A DNA stretch of 64,000 nucleotides, taken from NCBI GenBank assembly GCA_030324005.1, contig JARDVH010000132.1:91211248-91275247 (forward strand), read 5' to 3'. Shown piece by piece: positions 13,074 through 26,287 of the stretch. A program made the translations under genes and the position numbers. The DNA comes from Negaprion brevirostris (taxonomy: Eukaryota). Numbering within the stretch: position 1 is the stretch's first letter; each line of letters starts with the position of its first letter. A model generated the notes under the pieces. It did not search any database, had not been told where the DNA came from, and saw only the letters and a list, made by a program, of their open reading frames with translations.

Positions 13074-16000
13074 CTCATGCCTTTATGTTTCCTGTACAAT
13101 TCCTGTTTGATTCAGCAAATATATATCTAGTTTTTCTATTCACAGCCCTTATTTGTTTTCTATGAAAAATATTTTATTCTGACTCTTGCTCAGCAAGTAA
13201 AAATTACTGCACAAATTCATAGTCTCACATTTTCATGTCATAATCTGCTTTTCTTGATATATACATCATTAGGTGTTAATATTTTCCCCTTGTTCTATAA
13301 ACTACTTTATTAAAGAAGATTTATTAAATGGTCAGGTTGTTATTTTTAATGTGTTTCTGCATGTGAAATTGCTATTAACCATCAGGCAACACAGCACCTG
13401 CTTAGCATAAATTAATGGGCAATAATCATTGAACAAAAATAGTGTATCAAATGGTTATTACTTTACACTCATTAGCCAATGAGAAACATACTATACATTC
13501 TGTTAATTCACTTGAAGCATACGTTTCTCATGTTATTAATAGATATTGCCTGGTTACAATATTTGAACCTGTTGCGGCCACCTTTGTTAGTTGAAATACT
13601 ACACATGGGGGCCCCTGCAGTCTCATCATGCTGTACCAAGAGAGTTACTAACTGGGAGTAAATGAGGTAGTTTTGATGAGAGGAGAAATATGAATTGCCT
13701 GTCTGTTTAAGATTAGTTTGAAGAGTAGTTAGCTGGCTGTAATAGGGCACACTTGAGTAATTGCATTTGTATAACAAGCCCAGCTGAAGAGATCTGACAG
13801 GCGTAGAGATTTGTCTGGCGAGGATCTCCAGATGGACATGACCACACAGCAGCTGGGTGGCACATTTCTCAGCATGGTTAGCAATGCCCAGAGTGTCAGC
13901 TGTTCCCTATGACCGCAGACCCCTGGTAGACCAGCTGGTGGCTGCTGACAGCAGCAGCCCTGGTAGACTTTCTCTTCAAACCAGTTGTCAGTGAGCGAAG
14001 CCAGCAGGGATGACCAGCACAGCTTAACGATTCACTGTTGAGAGTCATTAGGAGAGCTTTAAAACTTGCTTTTGCCAAGAAACTGGGTATGTGAACCAGA
14101 GATGCACATTGTTTAGTATTTTGAGCCATTTAAGCAAATGAAAATCACTTGTTTTTCTTCATGTCAGTTACGTATCGAGCTGCTTCCTCAAATAAAATCA
14201 CAGTGTTATTACTTTAATTTTTTTCATACATGGCAACAGTTGGGACTCCTCCAAGAGAAAAGGGAAGTAAATATGGGTGGAAAAACCTGACTGTTCACAC
14301 GCTGTTAGGCATTCTACTAATGGAGCAATTAGTGTTACAGGTCAGGTTTGATAACATAGATCCAAATAATATTTCTTGCTGGGGGTCACAGGCACTTCAT
14401 AATGACATCAAAACTGTTCTCTGGTGTGACAGGAAGCTACTTGTTCTCCTGCACAGGAGAACCTCTTAAAGTAGAGTTACTAGTGCTTAGTTCTCCTCAG
14501 GACTGATTTTATTAATACTGAACCTAGTATTCTTTTAGGCATTACATTTGATCTTACATTTTCACAAGCAGCTTGTCTTACTGTGCTGAAAACATTGAAC
14601 TCTAATAAAATTAGAGGGAACATAGTTAATCTTTACAAGTTTAGGACTTAACCAAAGATTACCCAATGTAGTAATTATTTGATTAAATATCGTATAAAAA
14701 AGGATATCTGTATGCACTTTATGAAAACATGTTAGTAAATAGATACGGAGCCACAGAAAAAGAATATCCTTTTCCTGTTTTGGCTTTGGACTATCTTTCA
14801 ACTAAATGGAAAATCTAGGCCAAGACAACTGCTGATCCATCAGTCCCAGGTATTGTGTAACACAATATCCAATTTAGTTCTGTAAATATCCGCTCCCTTT
14901 TTCTGTGTTTGATCTGCTGACAAAGCAACCAATTGTAGAATCAACCTTTGTACTATTCACATTGATGAATGTACTAAGATTTGAGGCTGACCATGCTTTG
15001 CTCCACGCAAACACTTTTACTTTGTGGACCATTTGATGGTGATGGTGACTGTCGAGAGGTTGAAAAAACCCTGTATGGAGGAAGTTCTTTTAAAACTCAG
15101 TTTTAGGTGAGCTATGGCTTTTTCAAAGGTGAGACAGTTAATGCCCTTATTGTATTCCTGAAATTTAATTCAGTTGTTCTACTAGTTGGGCAATAAAATA
15201 TAGACTGGCTTTCATTGGATTGGATGCTGCAGGAGCATTTCAGGGTATGGATTGAAGGCTGGTAAGATTGCAATTTTAGTTTTATTAGAATAGTTCAAAT
15301 GTAGAAGTTTTCTGTATTATATCATTTTGCCTCGTTGTTAGGTTTATCATAGTGAAGCTCTGATTCTGACCAAATGCATGGTTTGGAAGTTACACATTTT
15401 AGAATTTGTGACAGATCTTCAGTAATGAAAAGGTTTTTGGCCCATGCAGTCATATATTATGGGAGTCCACCTGACTTGTTTTTGTTTTGGTGGAGGCAAT
15501 CCACTTGATCTTTTTAGTTTTTTTTTCCTGAAATATTTTTTCCTGGAGGCAGCCATGTCTACTGAGTAGCTGGTTCATGTTCTCCTCCTGGTTCATTTGG
15601 GCTGGTTTTACTTTTAGTATTCATTTATAAGTTAAAATAAAACATTATTCTGCATTTGTTATTCTGCTTGTCTGGGCCTATGAAAATGCAGAACAAATTC
15701 TACCATCCAGAATTCTTTTTCTTCGTTGTTCTGGTACTGATTCCCAGATGAGCATGTGCTCTCATTTTTGTTGCATGGTGGTACTAGCATTTAACTAAAC
15801 CCACATTGTGTCAATAATNNNNNNNTTGCTAATATTAGAACCTGGATTCACTATCCAAGTGGCAAGTTTCAATTTTGCTCTGTTTTTGCTGCATGTTTTT
15901 AATATATCTGTATATAAATTATCTATGTGGATACAAGACTTTCACATCTCCTGTGGTGGGGGTGGGAACTCTATGCGTGGAGAGATAGGGAAAATGAGCT

Positions 16001-18059
16001 TCATGATCTTGCGTAAGTGTGCCTCCTATCTACTCATTATAGACTGGCATTAACTACATGTAGAGAAATCAGAAAAAGACTCTACCGTCCTCTTGTCACT
16101 AGGTGAAATATAAGAACAAGTATCCTTCTCCAGGAAGGAGAAGGGCTAACTTTGTGCATGTTGAGTTGTATCAATGTCCTTTCTATATATTTCAGTCAAA
16201 TAGAATGTAGTATTCATGTTACAATATTAGGCTAAGTGCAAGGTATTTAAGAGTGCAATGTTCTATTTTTATATCAGGCTAAAATGTCATGGGGAACAAT
16301 TCAAAATTTCCAGTTAAATAGAAATGAGAGAAAAAGAATCCCTCTTATAAATTGTTGTAGGATAAATTGCCATACAACACTTAACACTGCTTTGATGGGC
16401 AAATTACTAATATCTTTGAAGAAAAGTTAGAACTGTAATTTGTTATTCTGTGGATTTTAAATTGCTGTTACAACCAAGCAAAGCCTTGTTAAGTTTATTC
16501 TTATTTAAGAGAGAAGCAGAAGAATTAGGAAACTGTAGCCCACTAGAGGTCATTGTTCAGTTGTAGCCTATTAATGAACCAGAAACATCTGAGAGGGCAA
16601 TAAATTACACTGTGGATTTTTCTAATTATGAATTCGTGCTTAATCATTCAATGACAAGTAGGTTGTGGCAGCACGTCTATGTATTTTGCATACACAGTTA
16701 TGCTAATGTGCTATTATATTTCAGTAGATGTTGGTTCTTCATCATTAGAGCAGTTCATTAAAGAAAGCTGTCTTGCCAAATCATAATTGCTGATTATGGG
16801 TAATAATTAACTTTTCTTCCCCTCTTGATTCTGTCTGTTTAGTCAAAAAGACCTGGTTTGGCTTTTCCATGCTTTTCTTACCTTCTGTCTTATTCTGTTC
16901 CCGAGCTCAATGTTGCTATGTCAGCATGCCATTCTGATAGTTATCAAAATTCAAACCCAGGCTAATTAAAAGTCGTGCTGACAGTTGTTCTGATCTGACT
17001 TTGACTGGTGTTTGATGGTCATTATGGGCAAATAATGAACCAAGGCCACAATTGCAACAGCTGCCAGCTCTGGACTGTGTGGCAGCTAACTAGTAAAGGC
17101 CACTCAGTAATAATGAATGCATCTATCGACTGACTGATTTTCTGCTTCCAACAGAGAAACGATTAAATTACTTTTTTTTACTGTTTTAATTTTCTTAGTG
17201 TATTTTGGGTAAGCCATTTGACATTGCCCTTAACAGTGAAATGGCTATTTATTGTGTTTTCAGTGGGTAGTACTGTCCTTACAATATATACATTAATAAA
17301 ATCAACCAAAGTGGTTTTAAACATTGAATCGTGCATGAACATATGGTTTTCAGNNNNNNNNNNNNNNNNNNNNNNNNNNNNNNNNNNNNNNNNNNNNNNN
17401 NNNNNNNNNNNNNNNNNNNNNNNNNNNNNNNNNNNNNNNNNNNNNNNNNNNNNNNNNNNNNNNNNNNNNNNNNNNNNNNNNNNNNNNNNNNNNNNNNNNN
17501 NNNNNNNNNNNNNNNNNNNNNNNNNNNNNNNNNNNNNNNNNNNNNNNNNNNNNNNNNNNNNNNNNNNNNNNNNNNNNNNNNNNNNNNNNNNNNNNNNNNN
17601 NNNNNNNNNNNNNNNNNNNNNNNNNNNNNNNNNNNNNNNNNNNNNNNNNNNNNNNNNNNNNNNNNNNNNNNNNNNNNNNNNNNNNNNNNNNNNNNNNNNN
17701 NNNNNNNNNNNNNNNNNNNNNNNNNNNNNNNNNNNNNNNNNNNNNNNNNNNNNNNNNNNNNNNNNNNNNNNNNNNNNNNNNNNNNNNNNNNNNNNNNNNN
17801 NNNNNNNNNNNNNNNNNNNNNNNNNNNNNNNNNNNNNNNNNNNNNNNNNNNNNNNNNNNNGAAGAAAAAATAGATTTCAAAAATCCTTATTGAATCTTCA
17901 CGTGCTTAAACTAATTTTTAAATGTTGAAGTGTGATTTTCTTACATTGAAAAGAACTGCTCAAGATACCATGTACTTGATTGCTCAAGGATAAGTACTGA
18001 AAATTAACGTAAAATGGAAACAAAATCCACAAACATACAGAAGGAATTTCTGTTTAAAT

Positions 18060-18560
18060 AATGACTTTCATATCTTCAGGACATCACGTTTACAGCTAAT
18101 GAATTGCTTTTGAAGTGATGCTACTGTTTTACAAATGCCACAAACCAATTTGCATGCAAAGACAGCAAGCAGTGGGATAAATGACCGTTGGAGATGTTGA
18201 ATCACTTGCCTTTCCCTTTCAGCATCCACCTCCTTTCAGATCTTCCCTAAAATGCTCTCTGACTACTTTGTGGATATCCCTGCATATCTTACCTTCGTTT
18301 GGTTCAGTGTCCATTTATTTGATTAAGCTTTTATGAAATATCTTTGTACGTCTTTCTGCTTGAAATGCATTAGATAAAGGCAAATGGTAGTAGTAGTCTA
18401 AATAAGACAAAGCACTCCAAGATTTCATCTGACTTTTTCCACATAATCTCAAGGTGCCTTTTGTGACCACTTGAACAGACTTAACACTTCATGCAGCAAT
18501 GTAGCATTCCTTCAGTGCTATATTGAAGTATTAACCAAGCCCCTGGAGTGAAGCTACCAG
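18060..18560 (-). mobile_element. Old Deu-domain-type SINE (SacSINE1/AmnSINE1-like) remnant, interrupted by an L2-type tail
   Basis: tttacagctaatgaattgcttttgaagtg...ccaatttgcatgc and gcaatgtagcattccttcagtgctatattgaagt resemble recalled DeuSINE segments. Confidence 0.4.
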
Positions 18561-19819
18561 TAGAGTGGAGTAGAATAAATCTGCCAATGTGCCCAACTTT
18601 GTAAATACAATAGAGATACTGCTCCCAATTATAAGGTTGACCGCATCTTGGTAAAATGTTACTTATTTTAATTTTATTATCTTCTTGTGCCTCTTATTGT
18701 TTAATGAATATTCATTTAAAAGCTTTTGTGGGATCCAGTGATGGACTTTATTTCTTTTTGACCAATTTTAATCTTTACACTTTTGACTACTTCCTCCTCC
18801 TGCCTGTTGTTTTGAATTTGATNNNNNNNNNNNNNNNNNNNNNNNNNNNNNNNNNNNNNNNNNNNNNNNNNNNNNNNNNNNNNNNNNNNNNNNNNNNNNN
18901 NNNNNNNNNNATATACTCATGGAGGTGCATCCAATAAAATTGCCTAACTTCTTTAACCATGTTATCCTTGTTCATTAGGTCCTCTGGTCTCCTCCAAATC
19001 TCAGTGCGCCATTCTTCTTAGGCGAATGACAAATGTCCAGAAGTCGTGTCTGAGTTGTGCCACTCTGCCATTAGCTTTATGAAAACAATTCTATTGGCTT
19101 CTTTGCAACTGAAACACATTTAATGATCTAAAATTGCTGTATTTAGGTAGTAGATCAAACTAAGCTCACAAGATGGTTAAATCTAGTGATTAGAGGCATA
19201 GGTATGTTTTTAGCAATGTGATTGTCAATAATTAACAGTCAATCACTTGGGAATTTGAGAATTGTGGAGCCTCATTCCTGCAGGAGTTATTTATGTTTTA
19301 AAATGGTCAATTTTTAAAAAAATCTGAAGCCTCTTTGTTTCCCTCAATCTCAACCTAATCATTTTATCTCTCCAGTTCCAGATGACCTGCTTCCTTTGCT
19401 GTACTATACTTGACTCACTTTTTCAACAAATTATTCTGTGAAAATGTGTTGCGTTGAACAGTGCAGGGACAAGTTTAACTAATAGCAGGCATCATTTGAT
19501 GCTCTGCTACAGCAAAGTGGCCCATAAAATCCATTTACTATCAGTGTGTATGGAATGGAGACAACCAAACCAGGAATGTCCTAGATGCAATTCCTTATCT
19601 GTACTGCTGTTTTTCTTTGCAGTAGAAAGTAAACTTGGGGAGGCTTTGGTGTGGCTCATAACACGAGAAATTGTGCAGATAAGTTCTGGACCATTGTATT
19701 TTAGTTCTCCATATTCTCCTCAACAACTGTGCTTTGATAAGGATGTGTACCTTCCCATTTGGATTAGAAATCGTTGGTGGGCTGGAGTGGTGATGGAATT
19801 GAAAAACCTAGCTTGTGTG

Positions 19820-20015
19820 GTCAAAAGCAGAAAATGCTGAACCTATTTAGCAGGTCGATCAGTATCTGCAAAGAGAAAAGGCGGATTTAAACAGTGTTTT
19901 GGGTGTGTGACATTTTAATTTTGATTTGCACGTAAAATGTCATAACTTGTGTTTTCTTTTTACTGTCTGGCCTCATGTAGTTCCAGACTTTATTCCAAAT
20001 TTCCAGCTTCTGTAA
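19820..20015. mobile_element. Penelope-derived short element remnant (inverted terminal-repeat arrangement)
   Basis: aaaagcagaaaatgctgaacctatttagcaggtcgatcagtatctg is the reverse complement of the tail family seen at 42760-42855 and 50720-50802. Confidence 0.45.
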
Positions 20016-20889
20016 TTTTTCCATCTTATTTTATCTCACTTGTGCTAGCCTGGTTACATTAGCCATGCATTCTCATTACTCTGACTCTTCAATCACCGNN
20101 NNNNNNNNNNNNNNNNNNNNNNNNNNNNNNNNNNNNNNNNNNNNNNNNNNNNNNNNNNNNNNNNNNNNNNNNNNNNNNNNNNNNNNNNNNNNNNNNNNGT
20201 TTGTAGATACAAGTGACTGTACACGCCTGAGCGAAACAGCACATTATGTATCAAAAATATGTGTGTTCATGTGTGGTGGTAGTTCTGGTGGCTCAGAACT
20301 ACCTCTAAGGAAACAGTGTGTGGTCATTATTAGCACCATAACATCTCTTGGCATGTTTTTAATCAACACAGGGAGCCTTACGCAAGCTGATTGGGGTATT
20401 CTTTTATTGAAAAAGTCTGAATCAGAAACTATGATAATCCACCACCTTGCACATTTCTTATGAGATTGCATGATATATGGATGTTGCATAGAATTTGGGC
20501 AATCTGCATGAAAATAAAACAGGTTCCCATCTCCTCAAGTATTCAGTTGCCCTCTAAAATTCTATCCAGATATCTTTTCATATACTGATCATTCTTTGTG
20601 TGAACTACTCTTTTAATATTGGTTTGAAATTTGCCTTTTGCTACTTTGAGCTTATTCCTTATGCTCTCACATCACAATTTAGTTTGAAGTAATGTTTTAC
20701 ACTTATCTTTAAATTATTTACCATTCGTCCTTTCCGTAAAAGATCTCCTTCATGGTTAGCGCCTTTTGAAACTGAACTCAAGTTTCTCTGATTTTTTTCC
20801 TCATAGCCTAGCACTCTTGTGTTCTCTGTATTGGCTTTAGAGCTGAAATGCCTTTTCTTGACTTGGTGACTGCAACAACAAAGCTTGTG

Positions 20890-21310
20890 TTTGTCTAGAA
20901 CTTAACATTAAACATCGCAAGGTGCTTCACTGAAGCATTATAAAAGCAAATTTTGACATTAAGCCAGTTGGTAATATAAGGACAGGTGACCAAAAGAGGT
21001 AGGTTTTAAGAAACACGTTAAAGAAAAAAAGAGAAGTGCAGAGATTTAGGGGGCAAATTCACGAGCTTAGAACCAGGGAAGCTGAAGGCACGGCCATTGA
21101 TGGTGGGATGGTTAAAATTGAGGCTTCAAGGCTGAAGTGAGAGATGTGTGGTGCAGATATCTTGGAGGATTGTGGGGCTAGAGGAGATAACAGAGGAAGC
21201 GGGAGGCAAGGCCATGGAGTAATAACCTAGGACCATAGAAGGTCAGTGAGCAAGTGAGTAAATGGATTGGATCGGAGTGAGAACGCAGGCAGCTGTGCAG
21301 TGATTGAATA
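20890..21310 (-). mobile_element. L2-clade LINE 3' remnant
   Basis: aaacatcgcaaggtgcttcac...gaggtaggttttaag...gagcttagaaccagggaagctgaaggcacggccattgatggtg, the reverse complement of an L2 3' end. Confidence 0.6.
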
Positions 21311-21536
21311 CCAAATATTATGTCAACTATTTCACCTTTAGCTATTTTGACTTCATACATGGACGTGCAATATTCATTTTTATTTACTTATATTCATTCA
21401 TGGAATGTGGGCATTGCTGGTTAGACTAGCATTTATTGTCCATCCCTCATTGCCCTCGAGAAGGTAGTGGTGAGCTGCCACCTTAGAACATAGAACATTA
21501 CAGCGCAGTACAGGCCCTTCGGCCCTTGGACCACTA

Positions 21537-22581
21537 CAGCCTTCTGGAACAAGACCACCTTCAAGGTGGACCAAGTGGGCATGCATTCCCAGTAGGTGTC
21601 AAGGTGACTATCACTGTGGGTTCATCCCCTGCCACCCACATCTCCCGAGCTTGATTCTCAGTTTTTTTCTGTAGTTCTGCATTCTCCTCTATTGCAAGGG
21701 GAGAAAGCAAAAGGTTATAAGCATGAACAATGGATTCTGCAGAGAGGATGCAGAGGGTGACTGTATATGGGTGTACAATGACACAAAAATGAGGGTAACC
21801 ATGGCCGGTGCTGCTAAGTAGGGAGTTCCAGGATCTTGACTCAATGATGTGTAGTCATTGCTATGTGTCAAATTAAGTATCATTATTAACTTACATAACT
21901 TACTTAACTTATTTTGTAGATGTTGGCTGTCTTTCCATATTCAGCTATTCTTGGCAGTTTGATATTATCTGAATATTAGTCCAGTTAATATTGAGCTTAG
22001 CTATGTTATAAATATGATGCCGCAGTACTTTTAAGTCTGAACACAAGTTTTTTTTTAAGTCAAGGAAATTGAAGAGTAAGATTTTTCCCTTATAAATTTA
22101 TGCGTGTAATATTATTGATATAGACCCACTTGCAGTCACAGCATGAGCGTTCTCCTTCCAGGTTTCCTGACTATCCTCTGAGTGCCATGGTCATGGTGAC
22201 AGTCCATTCTTGGTACAGCATACCTCAGACTGAAATACTGTGCAGGTTCACTAGATCCTCCCCATGAAACTCTTCACCTCCAAATCTGAGCTACCAATAC
22301 TCAGTTACCCTCATTTTTGCGTCACTGTACACCCATATGCAGTCACCCTCTGCAAATGTTCTCATTGCATTATCTCTGCAGAATCCATTGCTCACGTTTG
22401 TAACCCTCTGCTTTCTCCCGTTGCAGTAGAGGAGAATGCAGAACTACAGAAAAAAACTGAGAATCAAGCTCGGCAGATGTGGGTGGCAGGGGATGAACCC
22501 ACAGTGATAGTCACCTTGACACCAACTGGGAATGCATGCCCACTTGGTCCACCTTGAAGGTGGTCTTGTTCCAGGAAGCTG
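21537..22581. repeat. Inverted duplication: arms 21537-21799 and 22304-22581, ~504-bp spacer
   Basis: The left arm is the reverse complement of the right arm, with about 17 mismatches by manual count plus one 15-nt indel. Confidence 0.92.
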
Positions 22582-24249
22582 CAGCTATCTGAAACATGCT
22601 GCCATGAAAGTCTGAGCTTCTTGAGGCACTGGCGCCCTCATATGTCGAGGAAAGCTCATCCCCTGCTGATAGATCTTGTGTTGGGGTGCCCACCTCATTC
22701 TGGAGCTCTATGCTGATTGTGGCTGTTGTGGAGTGGCATGTGACTTGAGCAAAGGACAGCCAATGCTGACGCTGTTGATGTTGCTGGTCCCCCTCCTTTT
22801 GCTCATCTTAAGAGGTTCAAAGTCAAGCCATGTAAGCTGCTCCCAAATTACAGGAAAAACTGACAGCAGAGAAGGCCAGATCAAGATGAGCAAATTCCAA
22901 GTTAGGTGAAATGATTTCGAACCTTTAGAAATTACCTGTGGAGCAGTGAAGGTGCACCCTGTGTGCACAAGTCTTTCACATGGGCAGGCTGACATCCATG
23001 TAGTTTCACAGTTTAAGGCTTTCAAGACCATCCGTTACAATGGTCAATATCTCTCCACTGTGCACCTGCCTTATTGATCTTGGTGAGGTTCGCAGTTCAT
23101 GGCACCTGTGCAGTACCTGCTAAAGCTAGAATTCAGAATTAAAGACTTAAATAATTGATTTATTAAATATTTAGATGACTTAACAGCTCCACAGGGGTTT
23201 CCCATTCACCTCCAGATTAGTTAAACCTGGAAGTGAGCAGGATCATGTTGGGTTTCTGACCACTGGTATTTTTCGGACCTTTAACCACCCACCTACACTT
23301 CCCTTTGGCAGTTAAAATTCCACACAGTGTCTCCCACAAGTAACTTTGTACAGTTTTTTTTTACAATTGGTATGTGTTTGTAAATTTAAAAAATTCTTGA
23401 GGTGAGCCCTCAAAAAGTCCAGATCAACATTTTTTAATTTTCATTGTTTCTGACACATTAAGAGAAACAAAAGGCTGATGCACTGCCTCTGAATCTACTT
23501 TTCTTGTAACCACCACAGACTGACTGATTATGATCAGTGTGAAGTGGAGAAAAGTAAGTTGCACTGTTTACGGTTATTTTAAAGATGCATTAATTTAAAA
23601 GAATTAAAAGTGGTGATACCAAATATATGGTCAGATTTTAGGGCCAGAGCTTTCACCCTGATTGCAAGGAACTTGAGACCAGCAGCTAGAGGACTAGTCC
23701 GATCATTGCGTGATGTGAAACTAAATTAATTTAACTTTATTTCACTATAATTTTCTAGCTATAATAACTCAGTGAGAGATGATCAATGGGGGCAGGGGAA
23801 TGGATGCCCATTTGAGACGCAATCAGAAAATTATCACCCATGAAATATAATCAGAAAGATAAAATATTAATCAGTAGAGTTCATAAACAGATGCAATGTA
23901 GTATGAATACAAACTGGCACTCGTAAGGTGATAGACACAAAAGTAGTAGAATTGAAATAATATACAACAACAACATCAGGTGGAATAGGATTGCAGAATT
24001 CAGTATTACTTACACAGGGAATAGGCATAAAAATTTAAATCAGTCCCTAAATAAAGAGGTGTATTTTAAACTGATTTGGATTGACTAAGGCATACACAAA
24101 GTCATACATCTGTGCATATGAAGCCTCTGGAGAACTGTCAAACACAGAAATGGGAACGACAACAGAAACTGGTTACAAATAAAACATGGCATGGTTTTAA
24201 ACCAATTGTGCATGCTTATCTTTGGCAGAAAAGAAAACTAATTGAACAT

Positions 24250-24560
24250 GATAAAGTGTAAAGTTAATTAACGCACAAAAGTTTGTTGATTACCTTCACA
24301 GGATTATATTGTTCTTTTGCTACCAGCCTTCCATCCCAGCTGTCTCCCTTTCAGAAAATGTCATTGGTAAACAATAGAGACACCATAACAAGTCGTAAAT
24401 GGCTCCAGTGACAGCAGCCCCTAGTGAAGCTTCATCTGTAGAAAATGATTGTGTCTGATTACCTTTTGAAGACAGCAGTGCAGACATTGCATACTAAGTG
24501 CCACTTCTGTGTCACTTTACTTTGCACCTGATGTATCCATTACAAAAACAGCTAAAATAT
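24250..24560. promoter_or_regulatory. Candidate conserved non-coding enhancer in the HIBADH intron
   Basis: Repeat-free, high-complexity island with clustered GTAAACAA (Fox), AACAAT (Sox), GTCGTAAA (posterior Hox), TGACAG (Meis) and TTAATTAA motifs. Conservation not tested. Confidence 0.35.
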
Positions 24561-25491
24561 ATTTTCTAAATACACTTCCACTGTCAGTGCCCTTATTGGA
24601 AGTTGAAGTAAACATTTTCAGATTGGAATTAATCTAACTCTAAGAAGTAAGATTGTTTAGTGAAACAGTTGCTTTCATCTGTATAGCACTTTAAGTAAGA
24701 AGTGCATATAAAATCCTTCAGAGCTTACTTAAGCTTTTTTTCTCCTTTAACCACAATAAAGACTTGAAATAAGAAGCAGACAAAATTCAGACAGCTTCAT
24801 ACTAACCAGAACCTGCTGTTGTAAAACTGGGATTGAACTGAACCCATTAGATCAGTGAAAGGTTGGTGCGAGGTTTTAAAGAACTGTATTAATGATTGAG
24901 GTTTGAAAGAGAAGAGAGAAGGACTAAACTATTCATGCTTGAAATGAGCTGCAGGTTTTTTTATTTGAAGGCTCAATATTTGATGAACCAACATTCAAAG
25001 TAGTTTTTGTATTCGTTACCTGCAAGCTTTAACTACTAAGAGATCATACGAAATGCACAGACTTGATTTTTAACAAAAATATCTTCCTTCATATTTGAGG
25101 TGGTGAGGAAATTGATGAATATAATATTTTTGTAAGGATTTGTTACTAAAGATTTATCAACCATTTCCCAGATTACGTTTTGGCTGTATTAATGTATTAT
25201 TCCTTCATCTAACATAAGTGTTTATATAACTGAAAAACTGCAGCTGTCGAAAGATTAACCAGCTGAGGAGTGTTGTCAGCATTAGTTCAGGTCTAATAAA
25301 TGACACTATGAAGCTATTTATCAATCCCTAGTCCAGAATAAAAATTTGGCCTATGATTAATAGTATTCTGTTTGCAAGCTTTGACTATGCTTGTGTAATT
25401 ATTGTGCTTGTTTTTAGATAAGGCATGTTGAAGGTATGAAAGGAAAAAAAGCACGAATCTTTTAACACCAGTGGTGATGTGATTCTTTCAG

Positions 25492-25625
25492 GTGTCGGGG
25501 CTGCTCGGGCTGGCAACCTGACATTCATGGTCGGGGGATTGGAAGGAGAATTTAATGCAGCCAAAGAATTGCTGAGCTGCATGGGCACCAATGTGGTTTA
25601 CTGTGGAGAGGTTGGAACTGGACAG
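25492..25625 (+). CDS. HIBADH: HIBADH internal coding exon (equivalent to human exon 5, 134 bp): (G)VGAARAGNLTFMVGGLEGEFNAAKELLSCMGTNVVYCGEVGTGQ
   Basis: Acceptor ttctttcag at 25483-25491 and donor gtaac at 25626. The translation matches the recalled vertebrate 3-hydroxyisobutyrate dehydrogenase segment GVGAARSGNLTFMVGG...LLGCMGSNVVYCGAVGTGQ. Confidence 0.96.
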
Positions 25626-26210
25626 GTAACTAAACAGAGAAATTGGTGTTGATTATGAAATCACGTCATTTGATCAAGTTAAAGTCGTCCCCAGTGTCAG
25701 AATTTCACTGAGTTTTTTTTTATATAAGCAGATATAAAGCATGGAAATTATAACTAAATAGGTGTGTTAAATGAATAGAAGTGATTCAGGACATGTGCTG
25801 CCTATCTCAGAAGAGACTTGAAGATGGAATGTGTTTTAAATTTGGCAATAGCACAAAATATGTAACAGTGAAACAGCAAACTGCTTCACACTCCATCCAA
25901 TCTTCTTTTCTGGAAATTAGTAGAATAGATAATTGGGTGGAATGTAAAATGGGTTGCCAGTTTGTTGTTTCCCATTTTTGCACTGTCAGTGAAGTGAAAT
26001 TTCCCACCCAAAGATCGGAGGTTTATATCTGTAAATCAAACTGGTGTTTCTGAAGTAACTGAAAGTTAAGGTACTTCCAGCTCAGCACATTTTAAATTTC
26101 CATATGACATTTTGCATCATTATTGCAGTATTGTGTTTTGTTGGTATTTAAATGCATGCAAGATTTTGACGTTATTTACCTCTTTCATTCATTGTGACCT
26201 CTGTTTATAG

Positions 26211-26287
26211 GCAGCAAAAATCTGTAACAACATGCTTCTAGCTATTAGTATGATTGGAACTTCTGAAACAATGAATCTGGGAATCAG
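26211..26287 (+). CDS. HIBADH: HIBADH internal coding exon (equivalent to human exon 6, 77 bp): AAKICNNMLLAISMIGTSETMNLGIR, containing the catalytic Lys motif KxxNN
   Basis: Acceptor ctgtttatag at 26201-26210 and donor gtttgt at 26288. It splices in frame to the previous exon (GTGQ|AAKICNNMLL) across a 585-bp GT-AG intron. Confidence 0.96.

Noticed and set aside
17341-17880. Gap preceded by ttttcag, a possible hidden HIBADH exon; long X-filled ORFs
   Set aside because: Gap content is unknown, and the ORFs exist only because Ns contain no stop codons.
25385-25591. Minus-strand 68-aa ORF overlapping the exon
   Set aside because: Antisense shadow of the HIBADH exon.
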